A DNA stretch of 64,000 nucleotides from Acidobacteriaceae bacterium (GCA_963692885.1 OY843586.1:4121061-4185060), one strand, 5' to 3'; counted from the stretch's first letter, positions 48,450-59,320 are shown. Notes: generated by a model not told the origin, from the sequence alone. Numbers and translations: made by a program.

Positions 48450-48908
48450 ATGGCGCATAAACCCCCACCTGCCATTACTGTAACGATTACTCTTACTGAT
48501 TCTCCGCAGCCAGGCGCCTACGAGGCAATGACTGGCGGCCTGCTCCGCTACAACGAAGCGCACGCAGGAGCGAGGAACTACCAGGCGCTGGCGGTGCTTG
48601 TCTCTGAAGCGAAGACGGGCCGCATTCTTGGCGGCGTGTGGGCCGGGACATCCTTCCAGTACCTGCACATCGACGCCCTCTATCTACCCGAAAGGCTGCG
48701 GGGTAAGGGACTGGGCCGCGACCTGGTCACCATGGCTGAGAATGAAGCACAGCGACGCGGCTGCCACGCGGTGTGGCTCGATACGTTCAGCTTCCAGGCG
48801 CGCGGCTTCTATGAAAAGCTCGGCTACTCTGTCTTCGGCATGCTTGAAGACTACCCGCCAGGCCACCAGCGCTACTTTCTCAGGAAATCTCTCGACCTTG
48901 CAAAGTAA
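48450..48908 (+). CDS. GNAT family N-acetyltransferase
   Basis: Acetyl-CoA binding segment RLRGKGLGRDLV and C-terminal FYEKLGYSVFG. Confidence 0.85.
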   Translation: MAHKPPPAITVTITLTDSPQPGAYEAMTGGLLRYNEAHAGARNYQALAVLVSEAKTGRILGGVWAGTSFQYLHIDALYLPERLRGKGLGRDLVTMAENEAQRRGCHAVWLDTFSFQARGFYEKLGYSVFGMLEDYPPGHQRYFLRKSLDLAK

Positions 48909-48910
48909 AT

Positions 48911-48941
48911 CGGCAGCAGCGGATCCATTCCGCTGCTGCCG
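48911..48941. terminator. perfect 13-bp hairpin between convergent genes
   Basis: CGGCAGCAGCGGA-TCCAT-TCCGCTGCTGCCG. The T-tracts on either side are weak. Confidence 0.55.
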
Positions 48942-48967
48942 TCCTGATGCAGGTAAAAGCGCGTGTC

Positions 48968-49564
48968 TTACTCACCGAGGTACTGCACGTGTACGTAGGT
49001 GCCAAGCCTCGGATTATAAGCAAGGTACCACCCGGGATCGCTCGGGTCATCGTAGATGATGACGTCGTCCGCATCCCAGTTCCAGCCATCCACGTAGCCA
49101 TAGTCATAGGGCGCTACGCCAAAGTAGAAGCCGTCGAAGAAGAAACGGCTGCGGTCGCCGCCGCCGAGGCGGTAGACCCAGCGCGCGCCGAAGTTGCCCG
49201 GGTACCGTCCATGCTCCCATGGATGATCAAGGTGGTAGTGAGCGTCGCCTCCCTGGTGGCCGATCCACTGCCCGTTGTCATGAACGTGCGGCGCATCGGG
49301 ATGACCAGGTTGATCACTGAACCCATGGTTATCCTGGTGATCATTGTGCATGCCACCCGGGTTGAAACCGGGGTTCTGGCGCTGAACGGGCTGTCCATGG
49401 TAGGGCGCGGGTCCGGGTCCGCGCTGCGGGATAAAGCCGCCTCCAACATGGCTGTCCATGTTCACGTGTCCACCGCCGTGTTGCTGCTGCTGCGCGAGAG
49501 CGGGAATCGCCATCAGTGAGATTGCCAGCGGTGCTGCCACTAGAAAAGTAAATGTGTGTTTCAT
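48968..49564 (-). CDS. secreted His/Gly/Asp-rich protein, hypothetical
   Basis: Signal peptide (LVAAPLAISLMAIPALAQ), a His-rich low-complexity half, and a Trp/Tyr/Asp-rich C-terminal domain. Confidence 0.65.
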   Translation of the reverse strand: MKHTFTFLVAAPLAISLMAIPALAQQQQHGGGHVNMDSHVGGGFIPQRGPGPAPYHGQPVQRQNPGFNPGGMHNDHQDNHGFSDQPGHPDAPHVHDNGQWIGHQGGDAHYHLDHPWEHGRYPGNFGARWVYRLGGGDRSRFFFDGFYFGVAPYDYGYVDGWNWDADDVIIYDDPSDPGWYLAYNPRLGTYVHVQYLGE

Positions 49565-49584
49565 AACGCCCTCCCGTCGTGCAA

Positions 49585-49616
49585 CATCCCGCGCTTGAGT
49601 CCTGCTGCGCGGGATG
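49585..49616 (-). terminator. perfect 10-bp GC-rich hairpin between sodC and the His-rich gene
   Basis: CATCCCGCGC-(12 nt)-GCGCGGGATG, with only a weak T-tract. Confidence 0.4.
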
Positions 49617-49695
49617 CCTGGTATTCATTCCACCTGATTGAACACCCATTCAGTTACGGAGTTGCGCAGCCTACCCCTGTACCGACGGGCTGAAC

Positions 49696-50265
49696 CTACA
49701 TCTTCATGCCGCCCATGCTCACCGGTACGACACCACACGCGATGCGATCGCCCGAGTTGCCGGATGGATCAGTCATCATGTCATCTGCCTTGGCGTGAAT
49801 GATGATCGATGTACCACCATTGGCGAGGATGGAATTGGGCGCGTCCGGTGCAAGCGAAATGCCGGTCGCGACGAAGTCAGCCTTGCCTTTGCCGTCAGCG
49901 CCGATGGTCAGGTTTACAGGCATGTCGCCGGCATGCGGCCCGGCGGGATTCTTGCTGCCATGCTGCTTGCTGTCAGGATTGAAGTGCGGTCCGGCCGACT
50001 TGAAATCCGGGCCATCACACGCTGGCTTCTGGTGCACGTGGATGCCATGTTCACCCGGGGGCAGGTTCATCAGCTTCGCGCTGACCTTCACGCCGTCTTG
50101 TGCCTGCTTGAGTGTAATGGTTCCGGCATCCTGGCCCTGCGCGTTCTTAAGGGTCACGATCACCGGCTGCATTTTCTGTCCAAGTGCTGAGTGGGTGAGC
50201 GCGGGCACGGCGAGCAGTGCGGGCAGCAAAAATGCGCTGCGTAAAATTCTCTGTCGAGTTTGCAT
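49696..50265 (-). CDS. sodC: Cu/Zn superoxide dismutase, periplasmic
   Basis: ATG 50265 is preceded by AAGGAG. Signal peptide, metal-ligand region HGIHVHQ...GPHFNP...HAGDMP, and DRIACGVV are present. Confidence 0.93.
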   Translation of the reverse strand: MQTRQRILRSAFLLPALLAVPALTHSALGQKMQPVIVTLKNAQGQDAGTITLKQAQDGVKVSAKLMNLPPGEHGIHVHQKPACDGPDFKSAGPHFNPDSKQHGSKNPAGPHAGDMPVNLTIGADGKGKADFVATGISLAPDAPNSILANGGTSIIIHAKADDMMTDPSGNSGDRIACGVVPVSMGGMKM

Positions 50266-50389
50266 ATGTCTTCTCCTTGGCCGGAGTTCTTTCAAGGCAG
50301 ATCGTTTAAGCATTGAGCAGCGATTGAAAGAGCGGCCCACTGAGCTTAACGCATCGCCGCCACATATCGTGTAAACGCACAGTCGGAGA

Positions 50390-51568
50390 CTACTCAGCCT
50401 TACGCCCGCGCAGATAGATCGCCGCCACTTCGCCTGCGTTCGTCAAAACCATGATGTTCGCGGGACGGCCAACCTCTATGGCGCCCTGCTCCGCCGCGAA
50501 GCCTGCAAGCCTGGCAGGATTGGCCGTCACCAGCCGCAGTGTATCCCCGAGCGATGCAGAGGTGAATGCCCGGAAGTTCCGGACAGCCCGGTCGAGCGTG
50601 AGCACACTGCCGGCCAGCACACCATCATGAGTGCACCAGCCGTCTTTCACCGTGACTTTCATGCCCGCCAGCAGGTATTCGCCTTCCGGCATGCCCGTCG
50701 CGCTCATACCATCGGTGATGAGAATGGCGCGGTCCCTGCCCTTTGCCTTCCAGAAAAGCCGCACCAGCGCAGGGTGAACGTGAATGCCGTCACAGATCAA
50801 CTCGGCGTAGAGGGAATCTGTATCCAACACTGTGCCGAGTATGCCGGGGTCCCTGTGGTCGAGCGCGCGCATGGCGTTAAAAGTGTGCGTCGCACTCACG
50901 CCGCCAGCCGCAAGCCCTCGCTCTGTCTCCGCAGTGTTGGCATTCGAGTGGCCAAGCGACACACGTACTCCGAGCTTGGTTACATGCTCAATCAGTTCCA
51001 CCGCGCCCTCGATCTCCGGCGCGATCGTGATCAGCCGGATCTTCCCTTCAGCCGCTTCCCAGAACCTGTCGAACACTGGTACCGACGGTGGCTGGATCAG
51101 ATTGGGCGGGTGCACGCCACGCTTGGCATGCGAGATGAACGGACCTTCAAGATGGATGCCCAGCGGCCTGGCTCCCTCTGTTTCGCCTGAACTCTCGGGA
51201 GTGCCAATGTACCTGGCTATACCCGCAAGTGCCCGCAGCGTAGCGTCATCCGAAGCTGTTACGGTCGTTGGCAGATAAGCGCCTACGCCGCGCGTCGCAA
51301 GGAAACGCCCGATTGCCGAAAGAGCTGCAGGCGTACCGTCCATCACATCGTGGCCAACCGCGCCGTGAAAGTGAATGTCGAAGAAGGATGGGCTCAGCGT
51401 GGCGTCGGCATGCTCATCATGTGCGTCATGCGCGGGCAGTGGCGAAGAGTCACGCGTGGCGATGGTGCGGATGATGCCGTCCTCTACCAGGATGGAGGGA
51501 TGGTCAAGCAGCGAAGGGCCTTCCGGAGTCTGCAGGACAAGCGAACGGGCGGTGATGAGTCTGCGCAT
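50390..51568 (-). CDS. nagA: N-acetylglucosamine-6-phosphate deacetylase
   Basis: Amidohydrolase HxH ([11 protein letters not shown]), HLEGPFIS, and SLGHSNA...THTFNAM. Confidence 0.88.
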   Translation of the reverse strand: MRRLITARSLVLQTPEGPSLLDHPSILVEDGIIRTIATRDSSPLPAHDAHDEHADATLSPSFFDIHFHGAVGHDVMDGTPAALSAIGRFLATRGVGAYLPTTVTASDDATLRALAGIARYIGTPESSGETEGARPLGIHLEGPFISHAKRGVHPPNLIQPPSVPVFDRFWEAAEGKIRLITIAPEIEGAVELIEHVTKLGVRVSLGHSNANTAETERGLAAGGVSATHTFNAMRALDHRDPGILGTVLDTDSLYAELICDGIHVHPALVRLFWKAKGRDRAILITDGMSATGMPEGEYLLAGMKVTVKDGWCTHDGVLAGSVLTLDRAVRNFRAFTSASLGDTLRLVTANPARLAGFAAEQGAIEVGRPANIMVLTNAGEVAAIYLRGRKAE

Positions 51569-51708
51569 AGGATACCCGTAGCATACGACGCGGCGTCGGA
51601 TTGGCAAGTGAATCGCGAACCGGCGAAGACAGTCGTTGCAGGTTTGCGGTACTCTCGTCTGTTCTCGACGCCCGTTTCATTTTAAGGCGGCGAGCAGACG
51701 GGGGTTCT

Positions 51709-53010
51709 ATGGCAGACGAGCAGTACCAGTCTGGATTTGGCAATGAATTCGCGACCGAAGCAGTTGCCGGCGCATTGCCGCAGGGACAAAATTCCCCGCA
51801 GCGGCATCCACTCGGCCTGTATACCGAACAGTTCAGCGGCAGCGCCTTTACAGCGCCGCGCGGCGCGAACCGCCGCACCTGGTGCTATCGCACACGGCCA
51901 TCAACCGTGCACAAACCCTACAAGGAAATTGCCGGCGGTCTGCTGCGCAGCTGGCCGTGCGCCGATGCTTCGGCCACGCCAAACCAGTTGCGTTGGAATC
52001 CGTTGGACCTCCCGTCTGAGCCGACCGACTTTGTCAGCGGAATCACTACGCTCGCCGGCAACGGCAATGCTGCGCAACAGACCGGCGTCGCCGTACATAT
52101 CTATCGCGCGAACCAGTCGATGACCGGCAGATTTTTCTGGAATGCGGATGGCGAGCTGCTCATTGTCCCGCAGCAGGGCCGCCTGGTTTTCTTCACCGAG
52201 CTGGGACGCATTGCGCTGAAGCCCGGCGAGATCTGCGTACTGCCTCGCGGCCTGAAATATCGTGTGGAACTGCAGGACGCAGGAGCGCGCGGCTATATCT
52301 GCGAAAACTACGGCCAGCCTTTTCGCTTGCCCGATCTCGGCCCTGTCGGCGCTAACGGCCTAGCGAATCCTCGCGACTTCTTGACACCGGTCGCTGCCTA
52401 CGAAGACATCGATCAGGACTTTGAAGTAGTCGCGAAATATGCTGGCAGACTGTGGTCTTCGGCTATCGACCACTCACCGCTGAACGTCGTCGGCTGGCAT
52501 GGCAACTACGCGCCCTACAAGTATGACCTGGCTCATTTCAACTGCATCAACTCGGTCAGCTTCGATCATCCCGATCCATCGATTTACACCGTCCTGACGG
52601 CGCCTTCAGAGATCCATGGCACGGCGAATATCGATTTCGTCATCTTCCCGCCGCGCTGGATGGTGGCCGAGCATACTTTCCGGCCGCCCTGGTTTCATCG
52701 CAACGTGATGAACGAATGCATGGGTCTGATCTTCGGCCAGTATGACGCGAAAGCCGAGGGTTTTGTGCCTGGCGGCATGAGCCTGCACAACAGTATGAGC
52801 GGCCACGGTCCTGATGCCGAAACCTATGACCGGGCAACACAGGCAGAATTGAAGCCGCACTACCTGGCCGACACACTCGCCTTTATGTTCGAAACACGCT
52901 TCGTGCTCGAGACGACAAAATTTGCGCTTGAAACAGAGAGCCTGCAGCGCGATTATTTCGAGTGCTGGCAGGGGTTAAAGAAGCGCTTCACTCCTCATCC
53001 GGACAAGTAA
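51709..53010 (+). CDS. hmgA: homogentisate 1,2-dioxygenase
   Basis: ATG 51709 gives [51 protein letters not shown], a characteristic HmgA N-terminus. Confidence 0.95.
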   Translation: MADEQYQSGFGNEFATEAVAGALPQGQNSPQRHPLGLYTEQFSGSAFTAPRGANRRTWCYRTRPSTVHKPYKEIAGGLLRSWPCADASATPNQLRWNPLDLPSEPTDFVSGITTLAGNGNAAQQTGVAVHIYRANQSMTGRFFWNADGELLIVPQQGRLVFFTELGRIALKPGEICVLPRGLKYRVELQDAGARGYICENYGQPFRLPDLGPVGANGLANPRDFLTPVAAYEDIDQDFEVVAKYAGRLWSSAIDHSPLNVVGWHGNYAPYKYDLAHFNCINSVSFDHPDPSIYTVLTAPSEIHGTANIDFVIFPPRWMVAEHTFRPPWFHRNVMNECMGLIFGQYDAKAEGFVPGGMSLHNSMSGHGPDAETYDRATQAELKPHYLADTLAFMFETRFVLETTKFALETESLQRDYFECWQGLKKRFTPHPDK

Positions 53011-53014
53011 TACA

Positions 53015-54364
53015 ATGCCTGCGACGATTACAGAAAAAAGTGAGAATCCCTGCGACCCTCTACTGCGAAGCTGGGTCGCCTCTGCCAATGACGGCGTCAC
53101 TGACTTCCCTATCCAGAACCTGCCCTTCGGTGTCTTTCGCGATCGGCATGCGCAGTGCGTCTGCATCGGCGTTGCCATTGGCGACCAGGTCCTTGACGTG
53201 CATGGCATCGCGGATGAGGGATTACTCGCCGGCCTGACAACAGAGACAGCCCAGGCCTGCCGGCAGGAGACGCTGAATCGCCTGATGTCGCTCGGACCGC
53301 ACCGCGCAGCAGAACTTCGGCGACGGCTCTGCACTCTGTTGAGCGGAGACGTAGATGAAGAGTTACGCGATCGCGTGGCTCCTTATCTTTTTGCGAGCGG
53401 TGCTGTGACCATGCTCATGCCTGCGACCGTCGGCGACTACACTGATTTCTACGCGTCTATCGATCATGCGACGCGTGCCGGAAAGCTCTTCCGTCCGGAG
53501 CGGCCGCTGCTGCCGAATTACAAACATTTACCGGTCGGCTATCACGGCCGCGCATCGTCACTGGTCGTGAGTGGCACACCTGTGCGCCGCCCGTATGGCC
53601 AGGTGCTTCAGGATGGGCAAGCAGATGCACCGGCGTTTCTGCCGACGCGCATGCTCGATTATGAAGTGGAGCTCGGCGTCTTCGTTGGAGTCGAAAACAG
53701 GCAGGGCGAGCGTGTGGCCATCGATCAGGCACCTGCGCACATCTTCGGCTGCTGCCTGGTGAATGACTGGTCGGCGCGCGACATGCAGGCATGGGAGTAT
53801 CAGCCGCTTGGCCCGTTCCTTGCGAAGAGCTTTTCGACCAGCATCTCGCCCTGGGTGGTCTCGATGAATGCGCTGGCTCCATTTCGTGTTTCGGCGCGCG
53901 CGCGGGAGATGGATGACCCGCAGCTCCTCGCTTACCTGCGCGGAGATGATGACCAGCAGCGAGGCGGCGTTGCCATCCAATTGGAAGTGCGTCTCAAGAC
54001 GGCCGCAATGAAGGCCGCCGGGGTTGAGAGCGCATTAATCTCCAGCAGCAATACACGCGATCTCTACTGGACCGTCGGCCAGATGCTGACGCATCACACC
54101 AGCAACGGTTGCGCCTTGCGGCCGGGCGATCTATATGCAACCGGCACTGTTTCCGGACCGGAGGACTCGGCCCGTGGCTGCATGCTGGAGCTGACAGAAC
54201 GGGGTGCGAAGCCACTCACCCTGCCGAACGGCGAGACCAGACATTTTCTGGAGGATGGCGACGAAGTGACGCTGCGCGCTTACTGCGCTGGCAGAGGTGC
54301 GGTGCGCATCGGATTCGGTGAGTGCACGGGTGTAGTGCTGACTGCGCATAATAACCAGGCCTGA
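53015..54364 (+). CDS. fahA: fumarylacetoacetase
   Basis: FPIQNLPFGVF N-terminal domain plus a FAH catalytic domain. It starts 4 nt after hmgA. Confidence 0.93.
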   Translation: MPATITEKSENPCDPLLRSWVASANDGVTDFPIQNLPFGVFRDRHAQCVCIGVAIGDQVLDVHGIADEGLLAGLTTETAQACRQETLNRLMSLGPHRAAELRRRLCTLLSGDVDEELRDRVAPYLFASGAVTMLMPATVGDYTDFYASIDHATRAGKLFRPERPLLPNYKHLPVGYHGRASSLVVSGTPVRRPYGQVLQDGQADAPAFLPTRMLDYEVELGVFVGVENRQGERVAIDQAPAHIFGCCLVNDWSARDMQAWEYQPLGPFLAKSFSTSISPWVVSMNALAPFRVSARAREMDDPQLLAYLRGDDDQQRGGVAIQLEVRLKTAAMKAAGVESALISSSNTRDLYWTVGQMLTHHTSNGCALRPGDLYATGTVSGPEDSARGCMLELTERGAKPLTLPNGETRHFLEDGDEVTLRAYCAGRGAVRIGFGECTGVVLTAHNNQA

Positions 54365-54379
54365 AGAGAGAGCAGGATA

Positions 54380-54415
54380 CAGGTCCTCTGCGCTTCGAAT
54401 CGGTCGGGATGACAA
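54380..54415. repeat. short intergenic repeat, degenerate copy 2
   Basis: CAGGTCCTCTGCGCTTCGAATCGGTCGGGATGACAA shares both ends with copy 1 at 9567-9596. Confidence 0.35.
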
Positions 54416-54467
54416 CCATTCCTCTCGCATGAGAACCTTTGAGTTGAGAAAGAACTACAAATTCAAT

Positions 54468-55979
54468 CTACATATCCGCGATCAACAGCCGCTCATCCGT
54501 CATCTCTGCGATGGCAGAGCGCACGCCTTCCCGGCCAATTCCGGAATCTTTCACTCCGCCGTACGGCATCTGGTCGGCCCGCCATGATGTGGATTCATTC
54601 ACCAGCACTGCGCCCACTTCAAGTTCACGCCACGCCTGCATGATGCGGCTAAAGTCACGCGTAAAGACTGCCGCCTGAAGGCCATAGCGGGATGCGTTCA
54701 CCATGGCGATACCATCTTCAAATGTTTCATAAGGAGTGATCGTGATCAGTGGCGCGAATGCTTCTTCACGATAGATCTTCGACGTGGCAGGCGGTTTTGC
54801 AAGGACAGTCGGCTGCAGTAATGCGCCTTTCCGCTCACCACCAGTCAGCAGGTGCGCGCCGGCAGCGACTGCTTCGTTGATCCACATCTCGGCACGCAGC
54901 GCAGCAGCTTCAGAGATCATCGGTCCGACCTGCGTTTCCTCATCCATTGGATCGCCGGTGACCAGTGTTTCGACCGCGGCGGTGATCTTTTGCGCCAGCG
55001 TCTGCCAGCGGGTTTTATGGATGAATACGCGCTGCACCGAGATGCAGCTCTGGCCGGCATAGCTGAAGCCCCCGGCGACAATGCGCAGCGCAGCCAGGTC
55101 AAGGTCCGCATCTTCGTGAACCAGCACAGCGGCATTACCGCCGAGTTCCAGCGTCACGCGCTTCTTACCTGCCTGCGCTTTCAACTGCCAGCCCACTGCC
55201 GCGCTGCCAGTGAAAGAGAGCATGCTGGGACGATCATCTGCTACCAGCTTCGCCGTCACTTCGTTCGTGCAAGGCAGCACACTGATGGCTCCGCCCGGCC
55301 AACCCGCATCGACCAGTATCTGCCCGAGACGAAGCGCCGTCAGTGGCGTCTGTGGCGCGGGCTTGATGAGGATTGGATTGCCCGAGGCAACTGCCGGCGC
55401 CACCTTGTGCGCGACCAGGTTCAGCGGAAAATTGAACGGCGTAATGCCGATGATGGGACCGATAGGAAAACGCCGGCCGATGCCAGTGCGCTGGGTTGCC
55501 GAGGACTCGGCGGTGGTTGGCCAGTCGAGTGGCAGCACACTGCCGCCGATCCGTTTGGCTTCTTCCGCGGCGATATGGAAGGTATCGATTGCACGAGAGA
55601 CTTCGCGCGTTGCATCGGCCATCGGCTTACCGGCTTCGAGGGCCATGCCCTTTGCTATGTCTTGCCGCTCCGCTTCGATGCGGTAAGCCACGGCCGCGCA
55701 AATCTCCGAGCGCCGCGCAGAGGTCAGCTTGCGCGTGACCTGAAATGCTCTGCTTGCTGCCGCGAGCGCTTCTTCAGCGTCGGCTTCGCTGGCCTGGCAG
55801 ACCGAGGCAAGCAGATGCTGATCAAACGGTGAACGAATTTCGACCACATGCGCAGATTCCCTTGACTGGCCGGCGAGCAGGAAAGGTACATTGCCATGCT
55901 GCGCCGCTACCTTCGCCTTATGGCTCGCACCTTCATTCGCATCGGCGCCTGGCGTAGTGCCCCGGGTGGTTTTTGGCAT
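54468..55979 (-). CDS. NAD(P)-dependent aldehyde dehydrogenase
   Basis: ALDH motifs FTGSAAVG, ELGGNAAV and the catalytic GQSCISVQR. Confidence 0.9.
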   Translation of the reverse strand: MPKTTRGTTPGADANEGASHKAKVAAQHGNVPFLLAGQSRESAHVVEIRSPFDQHLLASVCQASEADAEEALAAASRAFQVTRKLTSARRSEICAAVAYRIEAERQDIAKGMALEAGKPMADATREVSRAIDTFHIAAEEAKRIGGSVLPLDWPTTAESSATQRTGIGRRFPIGPIIGITPFNFPLNLVAHKVAPAVASGNPILIKPAPQTPLTALRLGQILVDAGWPGGAISVLPCTNEVTAKLVADDRPSMLSFTGSAAVGWQLKAQAGKKRVTLELGGNAAVLVHEDADLDLAALRIVAGGFSYAGQSCISVQRVFIHKTRWQTLAQKITAAVETLVTGDPMDEETQVGPMISEAAALRAEMWINEAVAAGAHLLTGGERKGALLQPTVLAKPPATSKIYREEAFAPLITITPYETFEDGIAMVNASRYGLQAAVFTRDFSRIMQAWRELEVGAVLVNESTSWRADQMPYGGVKDSGIGREGVRSAIAEMTDERLLIADM

Positions 55980-56174
55980 GCTCGAATTTTCCTTTGCTCG
56001 GTTGATCGTTCGCGGAGTAATTCGCGAAACGCAATAGGGAAATTATGCGCTTATCGCTCTGGATGTCTATTTTGGCAACGCTGTCCCACAACAGGAAACT
56101 TCTGAAATGAAGCATTCGATTGTGGTCAAAGCGCTCCGCACTTCCCTTAGCTTTGGTGCAGGAGATTTCTACCG

Positions 56175-57140
56175 ATGTTCGCACCCTTTTCAAGAACAGT
56201 GAGCGTCAGGGATACGATCGGCGTCACCCTTCATGTTGCGCTGGAGCATCACGACCGCAACGAATTACAGGAAGCGGCTGCTCTGTATCGCGAGATCCTG
56301 GGCATCGATCCGGAGCATGCTGATTCGCTCTTTCTGCTGGGAATGATCGCAAACGCCGGCGGCGACGTGCAGGCCGCAGAGCAGCTGCTGCGCGCAGCTG
56401 TCCGCAACCGTCCCGGAGCGGCACATATGCACCAGGCGCTGGCTGAGGCGCTGATGAAGGCGAACCGGTCGGCCGCGGCACTGCAGTGCTACTGGCGCTT
56501 TCTCGCGCTTGAGCCGGAGAATCCCATTGCCTACGTTCAAGTGGGTGACGCTCTTCGTGCGATCAAGCCTGAAGGCGGTAACGATCCGCTGGCTGCCTCG
56601 TGTTATCGACGCGCGCTTGTCATTGATCCGGTGTGCGCCATGGCTCATTACGGCCTGGGAAAAGTTTTTCGCAATGCGCAGGATCTTAAGCAGGCTAAGA
56701 CTTCCTACCAGTCTGCGATCGCAGCCGATCCCGGCAAATCAGTCTTTCATGCTGCGCTCGGTGAGGTTCTGCATGCCCTCGGCCAATACGGATGGGCAGC
56801 CGACGCCTACCGGCGAGCCATCCAGTTGAAGCCACAGTCATCCCAGCTGCTTCACCGCCTGGGCGATGCTCTCTCTCAACTGGGCCAGACGGAGCGGGCG
56901 GAGGCCTGCCACCTGCGGGCAAAGGCATTGCAGGCAGGCCGCATCCGCGTAGGACAGAAGGGCGAAACTGCCCAGAAGTCAGCGGGCAATCTGCGCGCCT
57001 GGAGTGATCGCTACAGGGCAGGCCAGCCGCCTGTGCGTACCCTGGTGCCCGATGCGGAAGATGCCAAAGGCGCCGTGATGGCAGGGTCGCCGCCTTCTTC
57101 CGGGAGCCTTCATGAAGCGGTGGAGGGAAGAACAGCCTGA
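56175..57140 (+). CDS. tetratricopeptide repeat protein
   Basis: Repeated 34-aa A/L/Y-rich TPR-like units (e.g. AAALYREILGIDPEHADSLFLLG, AHYGLGKVFRNAQDLKQA). Confidence 0.75.
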   Translation: MFAPFSRTVSVRDTIGVTLHVALEHHDRNELQEAAALYREILGIDPEHADSLFLLGMIANAGGDVQAAEQLLRAAVRNRPGAAHMHQALAEALMKANRSAAALQCYWRFLALEPENPIAYVQVGDALRAIKPEGGNDPLAASCYRRALVIDPVCAMAHYGLGKVFRNAQDLKQAKTSYQSAIAADPGKSVFHAALGEVLHALGQYGWAADAYRRAIQLKPQSSQLLHRLGDALSQLGQTERAEACHLRAKALQAGRIRVGQKGETAQKSAGNLRAWSDRYRAGQPPVRTLVPDAEDAKGAVMAGSPPSSGSLHEAVEGRTA

Positions 57141-57201
57141 GGCCGCCGGTCAGCGGCATGACGGCCGCTGGGGTTATTTCGCCCTGGTGCCGCTACAATA
57201 A

Positions 57202-58152
57202 GTGCTGGAAACCACAGCAATGACGATCACTGACACGACTACGCCTTTTTTTACGCAGGCGGCCAAGACTGCCGGCCTCACCATCCTTAACGAAGAACAG
57301 GGCACCGATTCGCAGGGACGGCCGACGTATATCTATCGCTTCGGCACTTCGAGCGACGCAACAGCGCCTCATACGCTGACAATGGAGTTGAGCGAAGGCT
57401 TTCAGATTGCCGCGCCCCAGATGCAGGAAGGCCTGGTGAGTCATCTTGCAGAGGCAGCCAAGCGTCTGCGCAATCCGAGACCGGAGGCTTATGTGACGCT
57501 GGCCGGCCTGCCGATCTCGATCAAGGACTTCAAGTGGCCTTTACATCTCTCCACTTCAGGCGCCGATACGATGCTGGTGCATGGCACCGTTGGCCTCGAA
57601 GACGGAACGAATTCGCCTTTGCACGCCAAGATCTCGGCGGCGTTGACTGTCACCTTCAGTGAGATTGTGGCTGCTCCCGAACAGCCGTTTGCGGAAGGCT
57701 TTATCTACAACGCGATCCGCAAGACGCTCGACCAGGGCCAGCTTGAGCTGCTGAAGTCCGGTAACCGTCAGCCTGTTCCGGTGACAACACGCTACTACAG
57801 CCGCTGGCAAAAAAAGTTTGTCTTCGCCGATACGACAGAAGCCCAGCGCCGGGAGTTTATTGCGCTCAAAGCCTACTGGCTTTCATCCGTCCTGGGTAAT
57901 AATGAGCCCGTGTGGATGGCTGATCCGCGCGATGCGCAATACCTCAACACGACTCCTGAAGAGATGAAGAAGGACGTGCAGCAGCAGGCTGCAGCGGGCC
58001 TGTTGACGACTGCAGCCGATCCTGAGTTCGCTGCGGCAACGCCGAAGCTGCTGGAGCACGCGGAAATATATCGCCACAAGCTCGATGAAGCCATGGCCGC
58101 GACCAAGCCTGCCTTCAACGAAGACATGCGCGCCGGCCATACAAATATGTAG
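57202..58152 (+). CDS. hypothetical protein (about 310 aa)
   Basis: A long clean ORF with GTG 57202 or ATG 57220 as start. I recognise no domain. Confidence 0.6.
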   Translation: MLETTAMTITDTTTPFFTQAAKTAGLTILNEEQGTDSQGRPTYIYRFGTSSDATAPHTLTMELSEGFQIAAPQMQEGLVSHLAEAAKRLRNPRPEAYVTLAGLPISIKDFKWPLHLSTSGADTMLVHGTVGLEDGTNSPLHAKISAALTVTFSEIVAAPEQPFAEGFIYNAIRKTLDQGQLELLKSGNRQPVPVTTRYYSRWQKKFVFADTTEAQRREFIALKAYWLSSVLGNNEPVWMADPRDAQYLNTTPEEMKKDVQQQAAAGLLTTAADPEFAAATPKLLEHAEIYRHKLDEAMAATKPAFNEDMRAGHTNM

Positions 58153-58254
58153 CGGCTTGCCGCCTTGGTTCGGCGACGCTGCTCGTATAAGTGGAGGCCC
58201 CGCAGTATCTGCGCAGGAGTCGCTTTTAGCTTGCTTTGACCATGGGGAGTCGCA

Positions 58255-58773
58255 ATGCTGGTTGTTTTCTCAGGACTGCCCGGCACCGGCAAGACCACCC
58301 TCGCGCGTGAACTGGCTCGCAGAGTTTCGGCGGTTTACCTGCGCGTCGACACATTTGAGCAAGCAATCCTTCGTTCAGGCGTCGCCGATGACGCTGGACC
58401 GGCCGGGTATTTCGCAGCATATGCCGTAGCTGCGGAGAATTTCAAACTTGGCGTCACAGTCGTTGCCGATGCAGTAAATGCACTCGACGCCATACGCGCT
58501 TCATGGCTGTCAGTCGCGATTGAAGCGGGCGTGCCGGTGCTTGCCATCGAGGTGATCTGCTCAGATGTAATTGAACATCGGCGCAGGGTCGAATCGCGGC
58601 AGCCGGACATTGCAAGCCATTTGCTTCCAAGCTGGCAGGATGTCATGACTCGCGCCTACGAACCGTGGACGCACGCGCACGTGTTAATGGATACAGCAAT
58701 CGGTTCAACAGCAGCAGCTATTGATCGACTGACGAACAAGATTCGCGAACCTCGTTCGGTCAGCGACCCTTAG
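58255..58773 (+). CDS. P-loop kinase-like ATPase (AAA_33-type)
   Basis: MLVVFSGLPGTGKTTLAREL Walker A at the N-terminus. GGGGAG lies upstream of the ATG. Confidence 0.75.
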   Translation: MLVVFSGLPGTGKTTLARELARRVSAVYLRVDTFEQAILRSGVADDAGPAGYFAAYAVAAENFKLGVTVVADAVNALDAIRASWLSVAIEAGVPVLAIEVICSDVIEHRRRVESRQPDIASHLLPSWQDVMTRAYEPWTHAHVLMDTAIGSTAAAIDRLTNKIREPRSVSDP

Positions 58774-58804
58774 CTCGCAATGCAGACGCTGACAGGCAGC
58801 ACAG

Positions 58805-59303
58805 CTATTTGCTTCCTGGTCCCTTCTTCAGCGGGACGCGCTTCTTCGTGGTCTGTTTGGCGCCTTCACGCGCATTCAGCACTTTCCGGCGCGCAATGAC
58901 CAACTTCTCACGCTCGGCTGCGGGCAGGTCAAGCGTCTGCTGAACACGCTTTGGCAGACGGGTATGGACGCCTCCATGTGCATCACGCAGCAATGCTTCG
59001 AACTCTGAACGTCGAAAGACATTCCAGTGCTGCAGCGCGATCCAGTAGATACGCGCCATGTAAGGCGCCGGCACGACGCCCTCGGTCTCGAGAAGTTCAG
59101 GGTAGCGTTCAGGTCCGACGTAGAACATAATAACCGGCGCCGGCTTGTCCGGATCGCGATCTTCGTCCAGGTTGAGAAGCGCGAACATCTTGCCGCCGAT
59201 GGCCTTGTCGCCGACCCAGTACACCAGGTTGGCGCCCCATTGCATCGCAAACTTCCGCATGCGGAAGTTTGCGAAGAAAGCTGCGTGCCTGTTCTGCGTC
59301 CAT
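58805..59303 (-). pseudogene. MmcQ/YjbR family gene interrupted by a +1 frameshift
   Basis: The N-terminus MDAEQARSFLRKLPHAEV (ATG 59303) is in one frame, and MQWGANLVYWVGDKAIGGKMFALLNLD... continues in another. The total length of 499 nt is not a multiple of 3. The shift maps to a T3 run (A3 on the plus strand, 59249-59251) inside a 30-bp palindrome. Confidence 0.6.
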
Positions 59304-59320
59304 GCTCGCCAGTATGCGTC

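Noticed and set aside
48220-48908. The 75-aa ORF plus GNAT gene as a TacAT/AtaRT-like GNAT toxin-antitoxin pair.
   Set aside because: Only the architecture fits (a small upstream gene with a 2-nt gap). The upstream protein shows no RHH/DUF1778-like pattern. The GNAT resembles the common housekeeping-type small acetyltransferases (…LDTFSFQARGFYEKLGY…) rather than the tRNA-acetylating toxins I know. There is no mobile context.
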